Of a stretch of 64,000 nucleotides of DNA, positions 11,336-24,545 are shown piece by piece (the stretch's first letter is position 1; every line of letters begins with the position of its first letter). Where the stretch lies: assembly GCF_004010195.1 (NCBI RefSeq), contig NC_057715.1:21344034-21408033 (forward strand), written 5' to 3'. The DNA is from Chiloscyllium plagiosum (lineage: Eukaryota). A program made the translations under genes and the position numbers. The notes under the pieces are model-generated. The model ran no database searches, was not told the DNA's origin, and saw nothing but the letters and a program-made list of their open reading frames with translations.

Positions 11336-12393
11336 TCTTTCAAACAGGCAAACTCTCGGTCTTGTTTTCAGTTTTCAATTGAAATGCGCTCCCTCCACCC
11401 TCATCAAAAAAAAGGTTTATCCCAGGAATACATTGGGCTGGATTTCAATGTGAGGTCAGGATCCTGAAATCAGGATGAATTCCTGGTCTCGACCACATGC
11501 ACCAACTGTTCTTTTTAAACATAAATGTCTTAATTGGACAGAAGGTGAACACTGGTACCCAATTTGCAGAGTAGTATGCCTCTCGGAAGTGGGAGATACC
11601 TGTCTGATACCAGTAGCAAAAGCAGGAGGCAGCCATACTGAGGCCTGTTGCCTCCTAGCCAAAAAGACTAAATAGGTTTCCATAGGGTCATCAGCAATAA
11701 TGTGGTGCAAAGTGGTCATGCAGGTGAAATAAAGGTATAGTGATCAAACCAAAGGAAGTTGATCGATGAAACAACAGTTTTCAATGAATAAAAATTTTTT
11801 TGATATTGCTGCAATGAAACTGATAGCTGGACTAAAGAAGTGGATTAAATTACGTAGAAACATATAGCACAAATAGGGCATGGATTTTCTTCGATCTCTG
11901 CAGATGTTTAAATTTCTCAAATGTCTTCCTCCCTCTCCATTTCACCCACACAAAAACCTATAATAAATCTGGTTAAGCAATGAAATGAAAAAGAAAGGAA
12001 ATCTGTCAATTAGTCTTTTGAAAATCTTATCCTCGCCCTTCTTAACATGGTAACCAGCTCCTAAGAGACACTAACGGGCTATATCGTACAAGAGTGGGTT
12101 CTCCTCATTTTTGTTACCTCTTCCCCACTCACACTGGGTGCCAACCCTGTGCACATTTGAAGATCCAGGGCAGAATGTTGAAACTAATACAATGAAGATA
12201 AAGAAACACAAATTTTACCTGAAGGAGAAAATAAACCTTGAGTTTGATGGACATTTAAATTGATTAGTAATAATGGACAAATTGAGACTTGAAGAATATC
12301 AAGGTTTAATGTGAACCATTGTACCTGGGTAGCACGATTCAAACCTAGTGATGAATTTATAGAATAATACAACACAGTACAGAATGTCAAACA

Positions 12394-12399
12394 TTTATT
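12394..12399 (-). terminator. Candidate distal polyadenylation signal AATAAA with GU-rich downstream element
   Basis: Minus strand reads cAATAAAtgtttgacattctgtactgtgttgtatt. Confidence 0.5.
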
Positions 12400-13194
12400 G
12401 CAGAGCAGAATAACGGTAAATAACGTTGAACCAACAATGCAGTAACAAGGATAACTGCCATATATTTTTGCCATCTTCATCAAAACACTTCTTGCAGACC
12501 GACAGAATTTACTGTGACTACGCAGATCATCTGCAACCCACATTATAACAATTTGACAAAACCAAAAACACATGAGCTGCTTATACAAAGTATAGCATTT
12601 TGATCATCAAAACTTAAAACATGGAATTAATCTTTTCGTGCTATGCACAAACACAAATTAGTGACTTTTATATTTTTTCCAGTGCCCAGCATGTAAGTAA
12701 ATGTATATTTAAATTATATATGTATATCTTATTTATATATGTGTGTCTCTATGTATATGGGATTGTATCCCTGTCCTGCTAGATTTCTTTGCATACAGAA
12801 GGACATTAGGGATGCAGCACCCAAAGATAACATCTTTATTCTTCCTTTGCAGAAGAGTTTTTTTGGTTAATTTTTATTATTCATTTTGTTTGAAGACAAA
12901 TATTCCCCATTTGTTGGACACCATGGCTGATCAATGCAGGAGCATAATTATTATGTTTTGCTAGGCCTTGAAAGACATCAAGTTGCTCTTAATGGATCTT
13001 CTGTCTTCATGTCCCACAATCCTTTAGTTTGCTTGTCTTCCAGCTCAGCCTGTACCCTCACCTCAAAAGGACTGGGGAAACCAGCTATCAGGAACTGTAT
13101 TGTTAAACATCTTTCTCTATTTTAGCCATTCAGGCCTACTCCTTCAGATAGACTGCACCTTTCAGGACTTGACCATAATCGAGAATGATGATAC

Positions 13195-13545
13195 CAGTGT
13201 TGCACTATCTGAGGTATCACCTTTGGGATGAGAGGTTTTAAAGGCCAAAGCCTTGTCTGCCTCTCAGATGGATGTATGCAACCTCTGTTGTTTACCATGC
13301 TGAAGAAAATCAGGGCAGCTTCCTTGGTGTCCTGGTCAATATTTATCCCTAAAACTTATATTACTTAAAAAAAAAGTCATCTGGTTGTTCTGACATTGCT
13401 GTCTTAAAATTTGGTGTGCGCAGTTTGACTGCTGGGTTTCCTACATCATGACATGACTGTACTTCAAAAAGTGCTTCATCGGCTGTAGAGCACCTTGGCG
13501 ATGTCCTGAGGTCATGAAAGGGCCAATATAAATGCAAGTTTCTTT
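13195..13545 (+). mobile_element. Deu-domain SINE (SacSINE1/AmnSINE1-related)
   Basis: gttgcactatctgaggtatcacctttgggatgaga...ggtgtcctggtcaatatttatcc...gctgcgc-like core, L2-type tail tgaaagggccaatataaatgcaag. Confidence 0.75.
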
Positions 13546-13675
13546 AATCACTTGCACCCAAATACATTACTGGGTTCAAAATGTTTTCAACATATAACAG
13601 TTAAAGCTGTTGCTAACCCTTTTACTGACTGTATTTCACATGAATCCATTGTCAACTTCATATTAACATGCTATC

Positions 13676-13681
13676 TTTATT
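13676..13681 (-). terminator. Candidate proximal polyadenylation signal AATAAA
   Basis: Plus-strand tttatt, about 1.9 kb downstream of the stop and just before a SINE. Confidence 0.5.
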
Positions 13682-15577
13682 TCAAAGTTCAGTATTGGAA
13701 ACACCTTTAGAGTTGAGCCCTAACATTTAAGTTACAAGTTACATTTATGCTGTGGACATTTTTGTTAGCACATATTCTAAGAAAAAAATGTATTTTACCT
13801 GACAAGTATCCTAAGTTAAAAATATTTTTCAATGACTCTTTTACTGAATACAGATATATTAAAGATGTGTGTTGACATCGATACACAGAAAAACTGTCTC
13901 TGAAAAATCAGCAATCATCAAATTAAACTAGCAGGAAACTGCTTAGTACATTGCATTGCTTAAGGGGGGGGAATGTTATTCAATTGTAATATATACAGCG
14001 TACTGAACATTTCTGTACTTCCAAGCTTTTCTTTTGAATTTTGTGGCTTCAGTACCTATAATATAACCTACATCACAATAATGTTTGCACCAATTTACTA
14101 TCACTGTGTTAAGCTCACACCACCGACCTTTTTGTATATGTTATACTCAATGACAATTCCAGATTTCTCATATAAAAAGTACACTATATGTATTAAAATA
14201 CATAACAGCGGATACAAATAACTAATAAATTTGAATTACTGAATTGTGTTATTAAGTAGTGTCTCACTGCTCCTGGACTTTACAGCCTGAATCCGACCTC
14301 AGATTCCATAATGCAGACTCAGGGATCCATTAGTTTGCATGTAGATATGATTGGTCTGGAAATGATACCCCCTACCCCCTCAAAAAGGAGGAAATTACAG
14401 CTTTTAAATGACTGCTGGCTTTGTTTCTTTTTTTTTGGTTTCTTGTTTTATTTAGTTTTTTTTCTTTTTTTGTATGCATTTTTATTTTTTCCCCTCACTG
14501 TTACTATTATTGGAATGTGTTTGAAAAAAGTAATCAGCCAATTCTGCAAAACATGCTATCTACCAGATTGTTAAATTGGCTTTCCATGCCCAAACTGTTG
14601 AATTTTCTTTTTTTTTTGAAAGAAGCATTGATTCTTGTTTGCTTAAACATGCTGTTAAAAGCTGTGTTGGAAACTTCCTCGTACTCATGTAACAAATAAA
14701 CATGATGCTGGTACCTGCCAGGCATTGAACAAATGTACAGATAACTAGAAGTAGAGTTTTGCCCAGCACTCACAACGACCAGTATTATGCTTTAGTACAT
14801 TATGAAGGCACAACACATTAAATATTCTGATTGTGAAAAAAAAGTGGTCCTGGACAGATCACAAACACTCATACCACTTTCACTGGGAGGTCAGCGACAA
14901 GAAGCAACAAGTAAACCCAAAAGTATACAAACAAAGAGGGGAGAAGGACTGGGGAGGGAAGCAACTGTGCAACACACTGCCTTTTGCTACTGTTGGTGAA
15001 GGATATAATTACATAAAAGTAGGTCTCACTGATTTATTGTATTTACAAACACTTTGAGTGATGGTTGAAGTGTCCACTCGGAATATGTAACTGCACAAGA
15101 GAGACGTTTGTTTTGTCCATTTTGTAGCCATTGTCAGCATCACTCCTGTTTAGATTTCTTTTTTAAGTAGATCAGCAGCAATCGATATCAAGTAAAAGAA
15201 GCATTTTGTTCCCCTACACTTTCTACTTCAGTTGGCATCTCTCATTTCTCAGCGGCTCTGAGGACACAATCGTGAGACAATTCCACCGTTATGTTATCAT
15301 CTTGACATGCAGTTCAGGTGGAGCAATAAACTTGTGGTAGCCCCTTAATCAATCACAGTATTTAAGGTTTTTTGCATGTGAACTGACAGCGAGTGGACTA
15401 CAGAAATGATCAAACCTCGTAGTTCTAAAACACAAATAACTCCAAGTACTTGCTGCAACACTGATCTAAAGGCCTACCCGTAACACAGAATTCTGACACA
15501 CAGGATTCGCATATTCTACCACTATAGCCTATAATGAGGCTTGCATGAGTTAATGTTGGGTAAAGGAAAAGCACTCT

Positions 15578-15954
15578 TCATAGCTGATGTTCTTTAGGCT
15601 TCTCCATGGATGCTGGTGTATGTTTGTATGATTTCAGACTAGCCAAAGGAATGTCCGTCATTTGACTCCCACTGGTATAATGTCCCTCATTTCCACTAAT
15701 TAGTTTCCTGTCATTAAAATGATTTCTGTTCCCATCCTCCTTCCAGGCCCTTGAGAGTGCATGTCCATTCACTATCTTATCTTTCTTAATCCATTCTTTC
15801 TGAGATCCAAAGGTAGCGAGAGGGGACTTCAGCTGTTGATAGGAACCAAGCCCTGGAGGCATCCAACAGTTGTCTGAGTGGCCAAGTACCAAGCATTCTT
15901 GGGTGCACATCTCTGTTGCTTCAGCTAGACCTCTTGGGCCAAGTGGAACATCAC
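15578..15954 (-). CDS. PCDH9: Terminal coding exon of protocadherin-9 (delta-1 protocadherin cytoplasmic tail with CM2 motif)
   Basis: Minus-strand translation (G)[83 protein letters not shown]...[13 protein letters not shown]...PKEHQL* matches the recalled vertebrate PCDH9 C-terminus (CM2 motif [16 protein letters not shown], end KEHQL). It is preceded by the acceptor tatcctttattttcAG and ends at TGA 15578-15580. Confidence 0.95.
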
Positions 15955-15975
15955 CTGAAAATAAAGGATACAGAA
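15955..15975 (-). promoter_or_regulatory. PCDH9: Splice acceptor (polypyrimidine tract + AG) of PCDH9 terminal exon, phase 1
   Basis: Minus strand reads ttctgtatcctttattttcAG|GTGATGTTCCA. The AG is at 15955-15956 and the frame continues into the CM2 ORF. Confidence 0.9.
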
Positions 15976-16220
15976 AAAAAAATTATATCAGTGACACTGT
16001 ATGTAGATTTTTTAAATCATATAATGCTGCTTAAAAGTGCATTTGAAACCAGCTCAGAGTGGTGGGGTGAAGGGCTCCTCCCTCTCCTAATTATAAAGGT
16101 TTTGATTAAAATAAATGCGATTAATCTCAAATGAACCACTCAGTGTGGGTTGACATACACTTGATGAAAGTGCTATATTCCGCGTGGTTCGTATGAAATT
16201 CAGGAAAGTTTAAGGAAGGA

Positions 16221-16320
16221 ACTGAAGAAGGGTCACTGAACCTGAACCATTAACTCTGATTTCTCTCCATAGTTGCTGCCAGACCCACTGAGCCTTTCCA
16301 GCAATTTGATTTTTTTTTCA
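16221..16320 (+). mobile_element. Penelope-like terminus with decayed hammerhead
   Basis: CTGAAGA-agggtcactgaacct-gaacc-attaactctgatttctctcc. Confidence 0.7.
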
Positions 16321-18399
16321 AACCTTACCTTAACTGTGTCCAAGAAAAACAACTAAATGATTAATCAAAAAGGTTTAGTTTTTGAGGTCTGGCAGTCATA
16401 CTGGCAAGAAAATGTTTTGAAAGACTTAGGAGGAACATTGTTACATAATCACATGTTACTTGTTAATTAAATGCATGGAATGAACACCGGACAAAACAAC
16501 ATAGCTCAGGAACAAAGGAAAGCCAAATGTGAGCTGTATTTAAACATGGAGTTTCCTACCACTAACCAGCTATGTCTTGATCCTTCACTACCAGGCATTT
16601 CATACAAGATTGCTGTCACTAACAGATAACATTGCATACATTTTTTTTTAATGGAAAATATAGAAATGTCTCCAGGTTTTACTATCAGGCATTCCACTTC
16701 CCTGTTAATACTTCCAGAGAAGCAGCAAAATAGCTTTGCAAAATGTTTGGTCTTTCAGGTTTCATTTTATAAGAACATACTGCAGGGCACAAGTCCTGAG
16801 AGGACATTGAGTAAAGAGGAGTGGGTGAGCAAGACAGACATTGATGTTAAACCTAATTATAATGGCTGAAATACTGAACTATTTTTACCACAGTGGAATG
16901 CATTTTCATTGAAAGGAAATGGGCAGATATGAATTCATCACAGAAAGCTCGAATCAATACGATTGAAAGAAACAGATAAGTACTTCAGCATTTATTATTG
17001 TGAATTCAGAAATATTTTCAGCACAACCACCCTGAGGAAAATTTGTCTGTGCTTTTCTTTAGAAGAAACATGCTTCAATAGGCACATCTTAAAACAGGAA
17101 TGCTTGAAAGGGGAGCTTTAATACAATGGGAGTCACACAAAGAAAAAAAAAGAGAAGTTCCTCTTGCAGTTTTGAAAAGTAGGAGTATATTTGCCTTTCT
17201 ATATAAAGAAATACATTGGTAACAAACTTGAAAATTTATCCTGACTCTTGTTACATCCAGGTTTGAAGGAGTAATCAACTCTTTTTTTTAACCCGGTCAC
17301 TAAAAAAATTATTTATATCATGCAGCTATCAAATTCCAATTTTAAAAATTGAAACTTAAGGGACTAAGATTTTCTTGAGTGAAAGAACAAGGGAATGTAA
17401 AACTGAACCTAAGAAAAGTAATGAAAGCTAATATCAGGCACACATTCACAAACACAAGTATAAGATTTTTAATAAGTGTGTACAGTGATAAAGAATAAAG
17501 GCTATGCAGTTTAAAAGTTTCTAGAGTCCTGGTTGTGTTAGACTTCAACCTGAGACCACAGTTGCTTAGTTGGTGGCTGATAGCCTCAGCAGTAGCAATA
17601 AAGTGTAGATCTGATGGAGTTATTGGTAAAATGTCCATTTCTCTGATTTGCCTTTTCGTAGTGTTCAGTTTTTGAAAGGATGAGTAGGAAACAAAAAGAG
17701 AGGGAGATTTTTCAGACCTTGCTTTAACAAATCCATGCTCCTTTCTTTCTGTCTACTGATCTGCCAAGCAGCTATGGAAATATGTCTAATTTGTATATTT
17801 CTGCATCCAGCTGTATTGTATTTCAAAAGTGAATAATTGTAGGCAAACTTTTCATGTTCAATACATGCAACTTTTCATACAAGTGTGAAGTTTTTTGATG
17901 CTTGGCGCAGTTGACTGTTTTCAGAACTTTTGGATAAAATTACTTCAGTTCAGATAATTTTGTTTATGCCACATTGGTGCCCTGAACTTGCCTCAATCTG
18001 TAGTTAAGTGGTTGCTTAGACCACGAAAGGTTTCAGGCATTAATAATCAGATGATGTAGGTTGAGAATTGATGGCCCATATTTTACCACTGTTGTGGCAC
18101 ACTGCAATGACACTGTTGGAATCAATGGCTCTGAGGCCATTGAGAAGACAGTAAAGACACTAGATCTGAGAGTGAAATAGGCAATCCAGGGATTTCCTCA
18201 ATTCTCAAATCACTATAAAGATGGCAAAGGTAAGCTTGAGATGACAGTGATCTTATTCCCTTAATTCAACAATCTACTTTGTGAAATCTGCAAAATGAAT
18301 TGTCAGAAAACAGGCAGATTTCTCTGCTTGAGTCAAGAACTTGTTCTCAAATATCTTGCTATCACACAGTTTCAAAAGATTGTAACTTCAAGTTACAGT

Positions 18400-18760
18400 C
18401 CAGAAATTTGCACACAAAAAGCAGGCTGATCCTCAAAGAGCAATACTTCTCATGCATTGTCAGAGGTGCCAACTTTCACATCAAATGTTAAATCAAGGCA
18501 CTGTCTATCCCCACATTTGGTTGCATTGTAAATGGATCAATGACACAAGTACAAAGAATAGCAGGGGCTTATCCTTGGTGTCATATTCCTAAATCAAATC
18601 ATAAATACCCAGTCATTATCACATTGCTCTTTGTGAGAGCTTGCTCTGTGCAAATTAGACACCTTCTTTCAAATATTATAATCTACAAATACATTGCAGC
18701 CATTGAAATACTTTTGTAATTTGAGATGCCTTGCAGTCATGTGTTTTTGAAAATGCTAAT
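18400..18760 (+). mobile_element. Deu-domain SINE
   Basis: gcattgtcagaggtgcc...gcaggggcttatccttggtgtc...cattatcacattgct...gagcttgctctgtgcaaatt. Confidence 0.7.
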
Positions 18761-19479
18761 CATTCTCTCCTCTCTCTCTCACAGGGAACAGAAGTCCAGT
18801 TTGGTATTCATCCTGCACAATTTTCATTGATACAACAGGCATTTGAGTTGTAAAGAAGCACTAGATTAATGATAGAGAAAAATGTGTCTATTTCTACAAA
18901 GGGCAATTGCTCAACAAACAACTGTCTTATGCAAATGGAGTGTAGGATTGATGATCTGAGTGCCAGATTAGAAGCCAGATGATCTTGGTTTGGAATCATG
19001 GTTCAGTCATGCTTTCATTCTTCATAAGTAGTTACACACGGAAATTTTCAGCACAAAAAAAGAGCATTAGTCCAACAGACCTATGCCTGAGTTATTGTCC
19101 CACATCAACTCTTTCCCACACTATTTCATCAGCATATCCTTCCATTCCTTCCTCCTTCATAGACTTATCTAGTTTCCTCCTATTGCATCTATGGCATTCA
19201 TCTCAACCATTCCCTGCAGTACCAAGTTCCACATAACCACCACTCACTGACTAGTTAAGTTTATCTTGAATTCTTTATTACATTAATTAATTACCATTTT
19301 ATATTTATAGCTCCTAGTTTTGAATTCTGACACAAGTAGAAACATTTTATCTGATCAGTCCTAATAAACAGAAAACATCAGTCAGATTGTTTTATATTCT
19401 CTTGTGTTCCTGGCTATTTAAAGATAGTGGCTATAAGAGGAGGTCAGAGGCTAGGAACTCTGCAGTGATTACCTAAGCC

Positions 19480-19950
19480 CTCAATCCCTGAAGCCTGTCC
19501 ATCATCTGCAATGCACAAGTGTAATACAAACCTCTCCACTTTTCTAAATAAGTGCTACTCCAGGAACACTCAAGCGGCTTGACAACATCCAGGACATAGC
19601 AGCCTGCTCAATCTGCACCACATTCAAGACTTACTGCTGAAAATTCATCAAGGTTCCCCTCACTGCACTCACTACAATCTAGAAGGAGAAGGACAACGGA
19701 AATGTGGGATCAACACCATCTACCAGTTCCTCTCCAAGCCACTCATAATTATAATTTGGAAATGTGTCACTCACTGTTACTACGACAAAATCATTGAACT
19801 TCCTTTCCAACAGCATTGTGGATGTCTTGACACCAAATGGACAGAGGTAGTTGAGAAAGGCAGCCTGTTACCACCTTCCCAAGGGCAATTAGCAACGTGC
19901 ACTAAATATATACCCTGGTAGCAAAGCCACATCCCTTGAATGAATAAATA
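19480..19950 (+). mobile_element. CR1-group LINE 3' end (second family)
   Basis: Homologous to 55360-55850 (TLKRLDNIQDIAACS). Tail ccacatcccttgaatgaataaa. Confidence 0.7.
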
Positions 19951-20212
19951 AATTGTTCTCTCTGTGTGACATGAGACAGACAACATCTACTTAACTATAG
20001 GGGTTGGGTAACAGCAAATGCATGCAAGTGATCTCACCATGTAAACATAAACATTAGTCTTCGCTAGTTGCTCCTGCCTTGGTCAAAATATATGCTGGGT
20101 TTCTGCCCAAATGTAAAATACTCGTGTGTGTGTGTGGTAGGTGTGTGAATTATGATGCATCTCTGGGTGACTTATGGAGTTTGCAGAACAATTGGCAGTC
20201 CTGATGAATATG

Positions 20213-20426
20213 GCTGAAAATGTGTTGCTGGAAAAGCGCAGCAGGTCAGGCAGCATCCAGGGAACAGGAGAATCGACGTTTCGGGCATAAGCCCTTCTTC
20301 CTGAAGAAGGGCTTATGCCCGAAACATCGATTCTCCTGTTCCCTAGATGCTGCCTGACCTGCTGCGCTTTTCCAGCAACACATTTTCAGCTCTGATCTCC
20401 AGCATCTGCAGACCTCACTTTCTCCC
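20213..20426 (+). mobile_element. Palindromic Penelope-derived mini-element (young)
   Basis: 88-bp arms 20213-20300 / 20303-20390 with 2 mismatches and a 2-nt spacer, 36-nt tail, perfect 17-bp TSD cagtcctgatgaatatg at 20196-20212 / 20427-20443. Confidence 0.92.
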
Positions 20427-21531
20427 CAGTCCTGATGAATATGTTTAGTTTAATTGTCATGGGGGCGGATCAATTCAGGTTATCATCAAACAAACCACTT
20501 AAGTATTTCTTTGGTAGTGCCTTAAGCTTAAAAGAAATGGTATCCTTTGGGGAAAATTAAAGTAGGGAGGGTTTGGCTTTTTATTGTGAGCCTAGAAAAT
20601 AATACCGGTGATATCAGTAAATGATGCTTCAAACACTTAAGCGCCATACTTTTGCTCTTTGAATGAAGGAATTTTAAAGCTATAACATTCAACTCATCAT
20701 GCTTGTGCCAGCTCTTTGAAAGATCTGTCCATTTTGTCTCATTCCCCTGCTGTTTCCCCACTGTCCTTCAATTCCTTTTTACATTTTCAAATACTCCCAC
20801 TTCAAATAAATATATTTACCATGCTCCCCATTGAGTTAAAATAGCAGAGGAATTTCAATGGAACATAATCAATCATGGGTACTCAGGTATTGACAGTAAT
20901 CATTTCAAGGCTTATAGACCCGATTGACACTGATGTGTTCACTATGTCCAACAGTTCAGTTGGCACAGTTTCAACAGCTGCTTTGAAAGCAGTGTTTATA
21001 CAGTGTGACTCCAGCTGTAGCACAGACAATAAAATTGCCCACTATTCTTGAAATCTGACTCTGAAGAGAGCCTCCTGATTTCACGCTTGACAAGGGAATA
21101 AGAGTCGCTTCAGGGTAGCAGGACTGTTGGTATATACACATGCCCCTTCAGATTTTCCTTAAGAGGAAGAAATCGAGAGGATCAAGGTTTTGTTGGATGA
21201 AGGAACCAGCTGTGCTCCAGGGAACTTGCCTGAAAACCACCTGAGCACATCAATGGATCAGAAATGATTCACTTACACAAAACTTGCATCTTCCACAGAG
21301 GGCTAGAAGGACAAGAGATAATTGGGATAGAGCTATTCTTGCTAATCACATGTTTAAAAGGAAGTTATTTTAAAAATATGAATTTTTTTAAAAAGGCACA
21401 ATTTTCATCATTGTGTACTTGGTGAAGATAACAGTATAACCACATGACTCTCCTCTAAAATAAATTAGAAAACTTACTTAAGATCCCTGTATTATTGATA
21501 GACTGATGGATAAGATTCTGTCTTTTTTTTA

Positions 21532-21830
21532 AGATTACTTACAGTGTGGAAACAGGCCCTTCAGCCCAACAAGTCCACACCGACCCACCGAAGCACAACC
21601 CACCCAGACCCAGACCCTACACCTAACACTACGGGCAATTTAGCATGGCCAATTCACCTGACCTGCACATCTTTGGACTGTGGGAGGAAACCGGAGCACC
21701 CGGAGGAAACCCACGCAGACACGGGGAGAATGTGCAAACTCCACACAGTCAGTTGCCTGAGGCGGGAATTGAACCCGGGTCTCTGGCGCTGTGAGGCAAC
21801 AGTGATAACCACTGTGCCACCGTGCCACCC
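21532..21830 (-). mobile_element. HE1 (V-domain) SINE
   Basis: Minus strand gggtggcacggtggcacagtggtt...gggttcaattcc (Pol III A/B boxes), V-domain tgtgtggagtttgcacattctccccgtgtctgcgtgggtttcctccgggtgctccggtttcctccc, CR1-like tail. Confidence 0.92.
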
Positions 21831-24274
21831 ACTATAAGTCTTGTTATAAGTTGCCCCAAAATGTAGACCATATACTGATATTTCACTGCATAACTCTACT
21901 CCACCTGCTGTGAAGAAAGAGCTTTGAGATTTTTAACCTTCCTACAGAATAGCAGAACAAGCTCATTAGTGATCCCTTGATAGTGCAGCCGAGATCAAGG
22001 AATCACAGTTTGAACTATCGGGAGTCAAAACCTCTATCCTAATGGCATTTTGAACAGCCAGTAACAAGTCAGGATTATTCTCTGATCTTCTGTCTTTTTC
22101 AATATCATGCTGCTATGCTATTTCTGTTATTCCTCAGAGAAAAATGGAACTTTCTTGGGATTGACGCAATCTACAATTTAGAGATGGTTGGAACTACTTC
22201 ATCCTAGGATTATCAACATTTGACAATTTGGCAGCTCTAATCTGAGATGTAGACTTCTGTCATAGATATAATTACAGTTGAATTAGATGTTATCACTTGG
22301 CTGCATAGCATGACCAGGTGATTTCATTATATTCTTATTGTCATTCTATATTTTATCAGTTATTTGTTTTTCATTCTCCTTTACAATTAAATGAGCCATG
22401 GGATCAACAACAATTTTGTTCACATTCCAGGCAAGGTAAAATGAGAGACTGCCATAAAGGAAAATCTGTGTGAATATCTATAGTGCTAATAGAATCATGT
22501 TGCTACAATGTGATGTCCTATTATTTAACCTACTGCTTTCATTACCACTATATATGCTGGAAGACGCTTGACTTTCTTGCTTTTTTTAACCATCTCTTTT
22601 CTCCAATGACAGAATCAATGGGAATTATTAGTACAATCAAAAAGGTGTGAAATTACGACTGTTAATTAGATGGTAGAAAGATTGTAATTCGGTTTGTGAT
22701 ATTCACACCTAATGTAAAGGTGTTTGAAGGTTGGTGTAGGTCTCAGGCTCGAAATGAGATCTATAGTGAAGAGATTTCCTGTGAGGAAGCATCAACCAAG
22801 CCTTCCAGATGTAAGGGGTTGAGTTTTACAATTATTTTTTCAAATCATTGGGTCTTGAACAGGTGAAACCAATTGGAAAACAAAGGTAGTGCTGCTTGAA
22901 AACAGACCTCCACCCAGAATCTAAATAAATAATATATGATGCAATGAATGTAACTTAGATCTTCTGAAGAGAAATTTGTATTTTCTCTAAGAATTAATGA
23001 TAGATCAGATTGGATTATTACATTGAATATTTTTAAACATTCTGTTTATGGACAAAGAACTACAAATAAATTTACGAATAAATGCAAGAATATGTTCATT
23101 AGAGATGATCTATAAAGCAAACTTGGATCAAAACTTTAGTGCACCGGTCAGCTGTGGTATTTCTGAAAGACTATGTAATTGACAGATTCATTAGAAAGCA
23201 TCTAGATATTTAAAGATAACACAGAATCCCGTAGGTGTATCTCTGAGTTGTCATTACATTTTGATCACATCAGGCATTTTAGGTGTTTAGGTAATTCAAT
23301 TGCCTGTGAATTACCTAAGGCTACAGATTCAAGCTTCAGCCCAGGAGTAATTTAATGCAAAAATGTAGCAGAGATAGTGCGAGCTTGTCAGAGGTGCTAC
23401 CTTTCCATTAGAGCATTATGTAAGTCACTTTCTTAGACAGATGTGAAAGATCCCATGAGGAGCAGGGAATTGCGGGCACACACCCCAAGACTCAAATGTA
23501 ATATAATAAGGATAATTTGTAATTTCTTTTAATGGTCTGTAGAATCTAATTTTTTTTTAAAATGTTTTAAAAGACTTACTTAAGAATTTGCATCAATTGT
23601 AAAGAGATCATAGTAACTTTCTGGGATTGCAAGAAATACTGGCTCATGCACCCTGGTGACCCATGCTTTGAAAAGCAGTAACAGGAAGGATGTTGCAAAA
23701 GAAGCTACGTGGCTGGCAAACAGAAAGGAACGTCGCAAGCAGAGGAGCTGAAGAATGAAGGGAATCAGTGACAGATGCAGACACCAGGGAGACAGAAAGA
23801 GGAACACTGGATTTTTGCCAGAAGAAGAAACAAATCACTCTCAAGAAGAGGTCAATTACTCTTTCTGGCAGTAGGTTGGAACTCTTTGAAGCATATGTGA
23901 ACTGGCTTAGAAAGCTGTATGAATAACTCACAGATGCCAATGAGCTGGGTGCTTGCCCAGAAATGGCAAAACTGCGAATTGAGATGTTATTGGTCATTTA
24001 TTTTGAAAAGTAACTCCAGAAAGATACACCATCAGGACTGTATCGACCCAACAGTGACACGGGCTCCTAGAAGTGAGTTTCGCTGATGGTAATCCTATCC
24101 ATGAAAATCAAAGATGAAAACTTTTGTAAATTAGGTCTCCCCTGGGAATGAAGAACAGGAATTGTGTCACTATATGGTACAACATTGAAGTAGGGAGTGA
24201 TATTGCATGCCTGTGAAATGTGCAGGGCGTGTCTTTATTGCATCCACTATTTGCCTTCCAATTGGCTGAATGTG

Positions 24275-24545
24275 AAAGGGGAAAGTTTAAAAATGACGTG
24301 AGGGGCAACTTTATCATGCAGATGGTGCTGCATGTATGAAATGAATTGCCAGAGGAAGTCATAGATGCAGGTACAGTTACAACATTTAAAAGATATTTGG
24401 ACAGCCACATGGACAGGAAAGGTTTAAAGGGATATGGGCCAAACACAGGCAAATGAGACTAATTCAGTTTGTGAAACATGGTCAACATGGATAAGTTGGA
24501 CTGAACCATCTTTTTCCATGCTGTATTACTCTATGACTCTATGCA
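24275..24545 (+). mobile_element. HER1/CR1 3' end
   Basis: Similar to 41035-41315. Ends actctatgactctatg. Confidence 0.8.

Larger units (their letters stand above)
12375..15577 (-). other. PCDH9: PCDH9 3' UTR (end uncertain: ~13655 or ~12375)
   Basis: AT-rich, largely repeat-free sequence downstream of the stop codon. Minus-strand AATAAA at 13676-13681 and 12394-12399. Confidence 0.65.
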
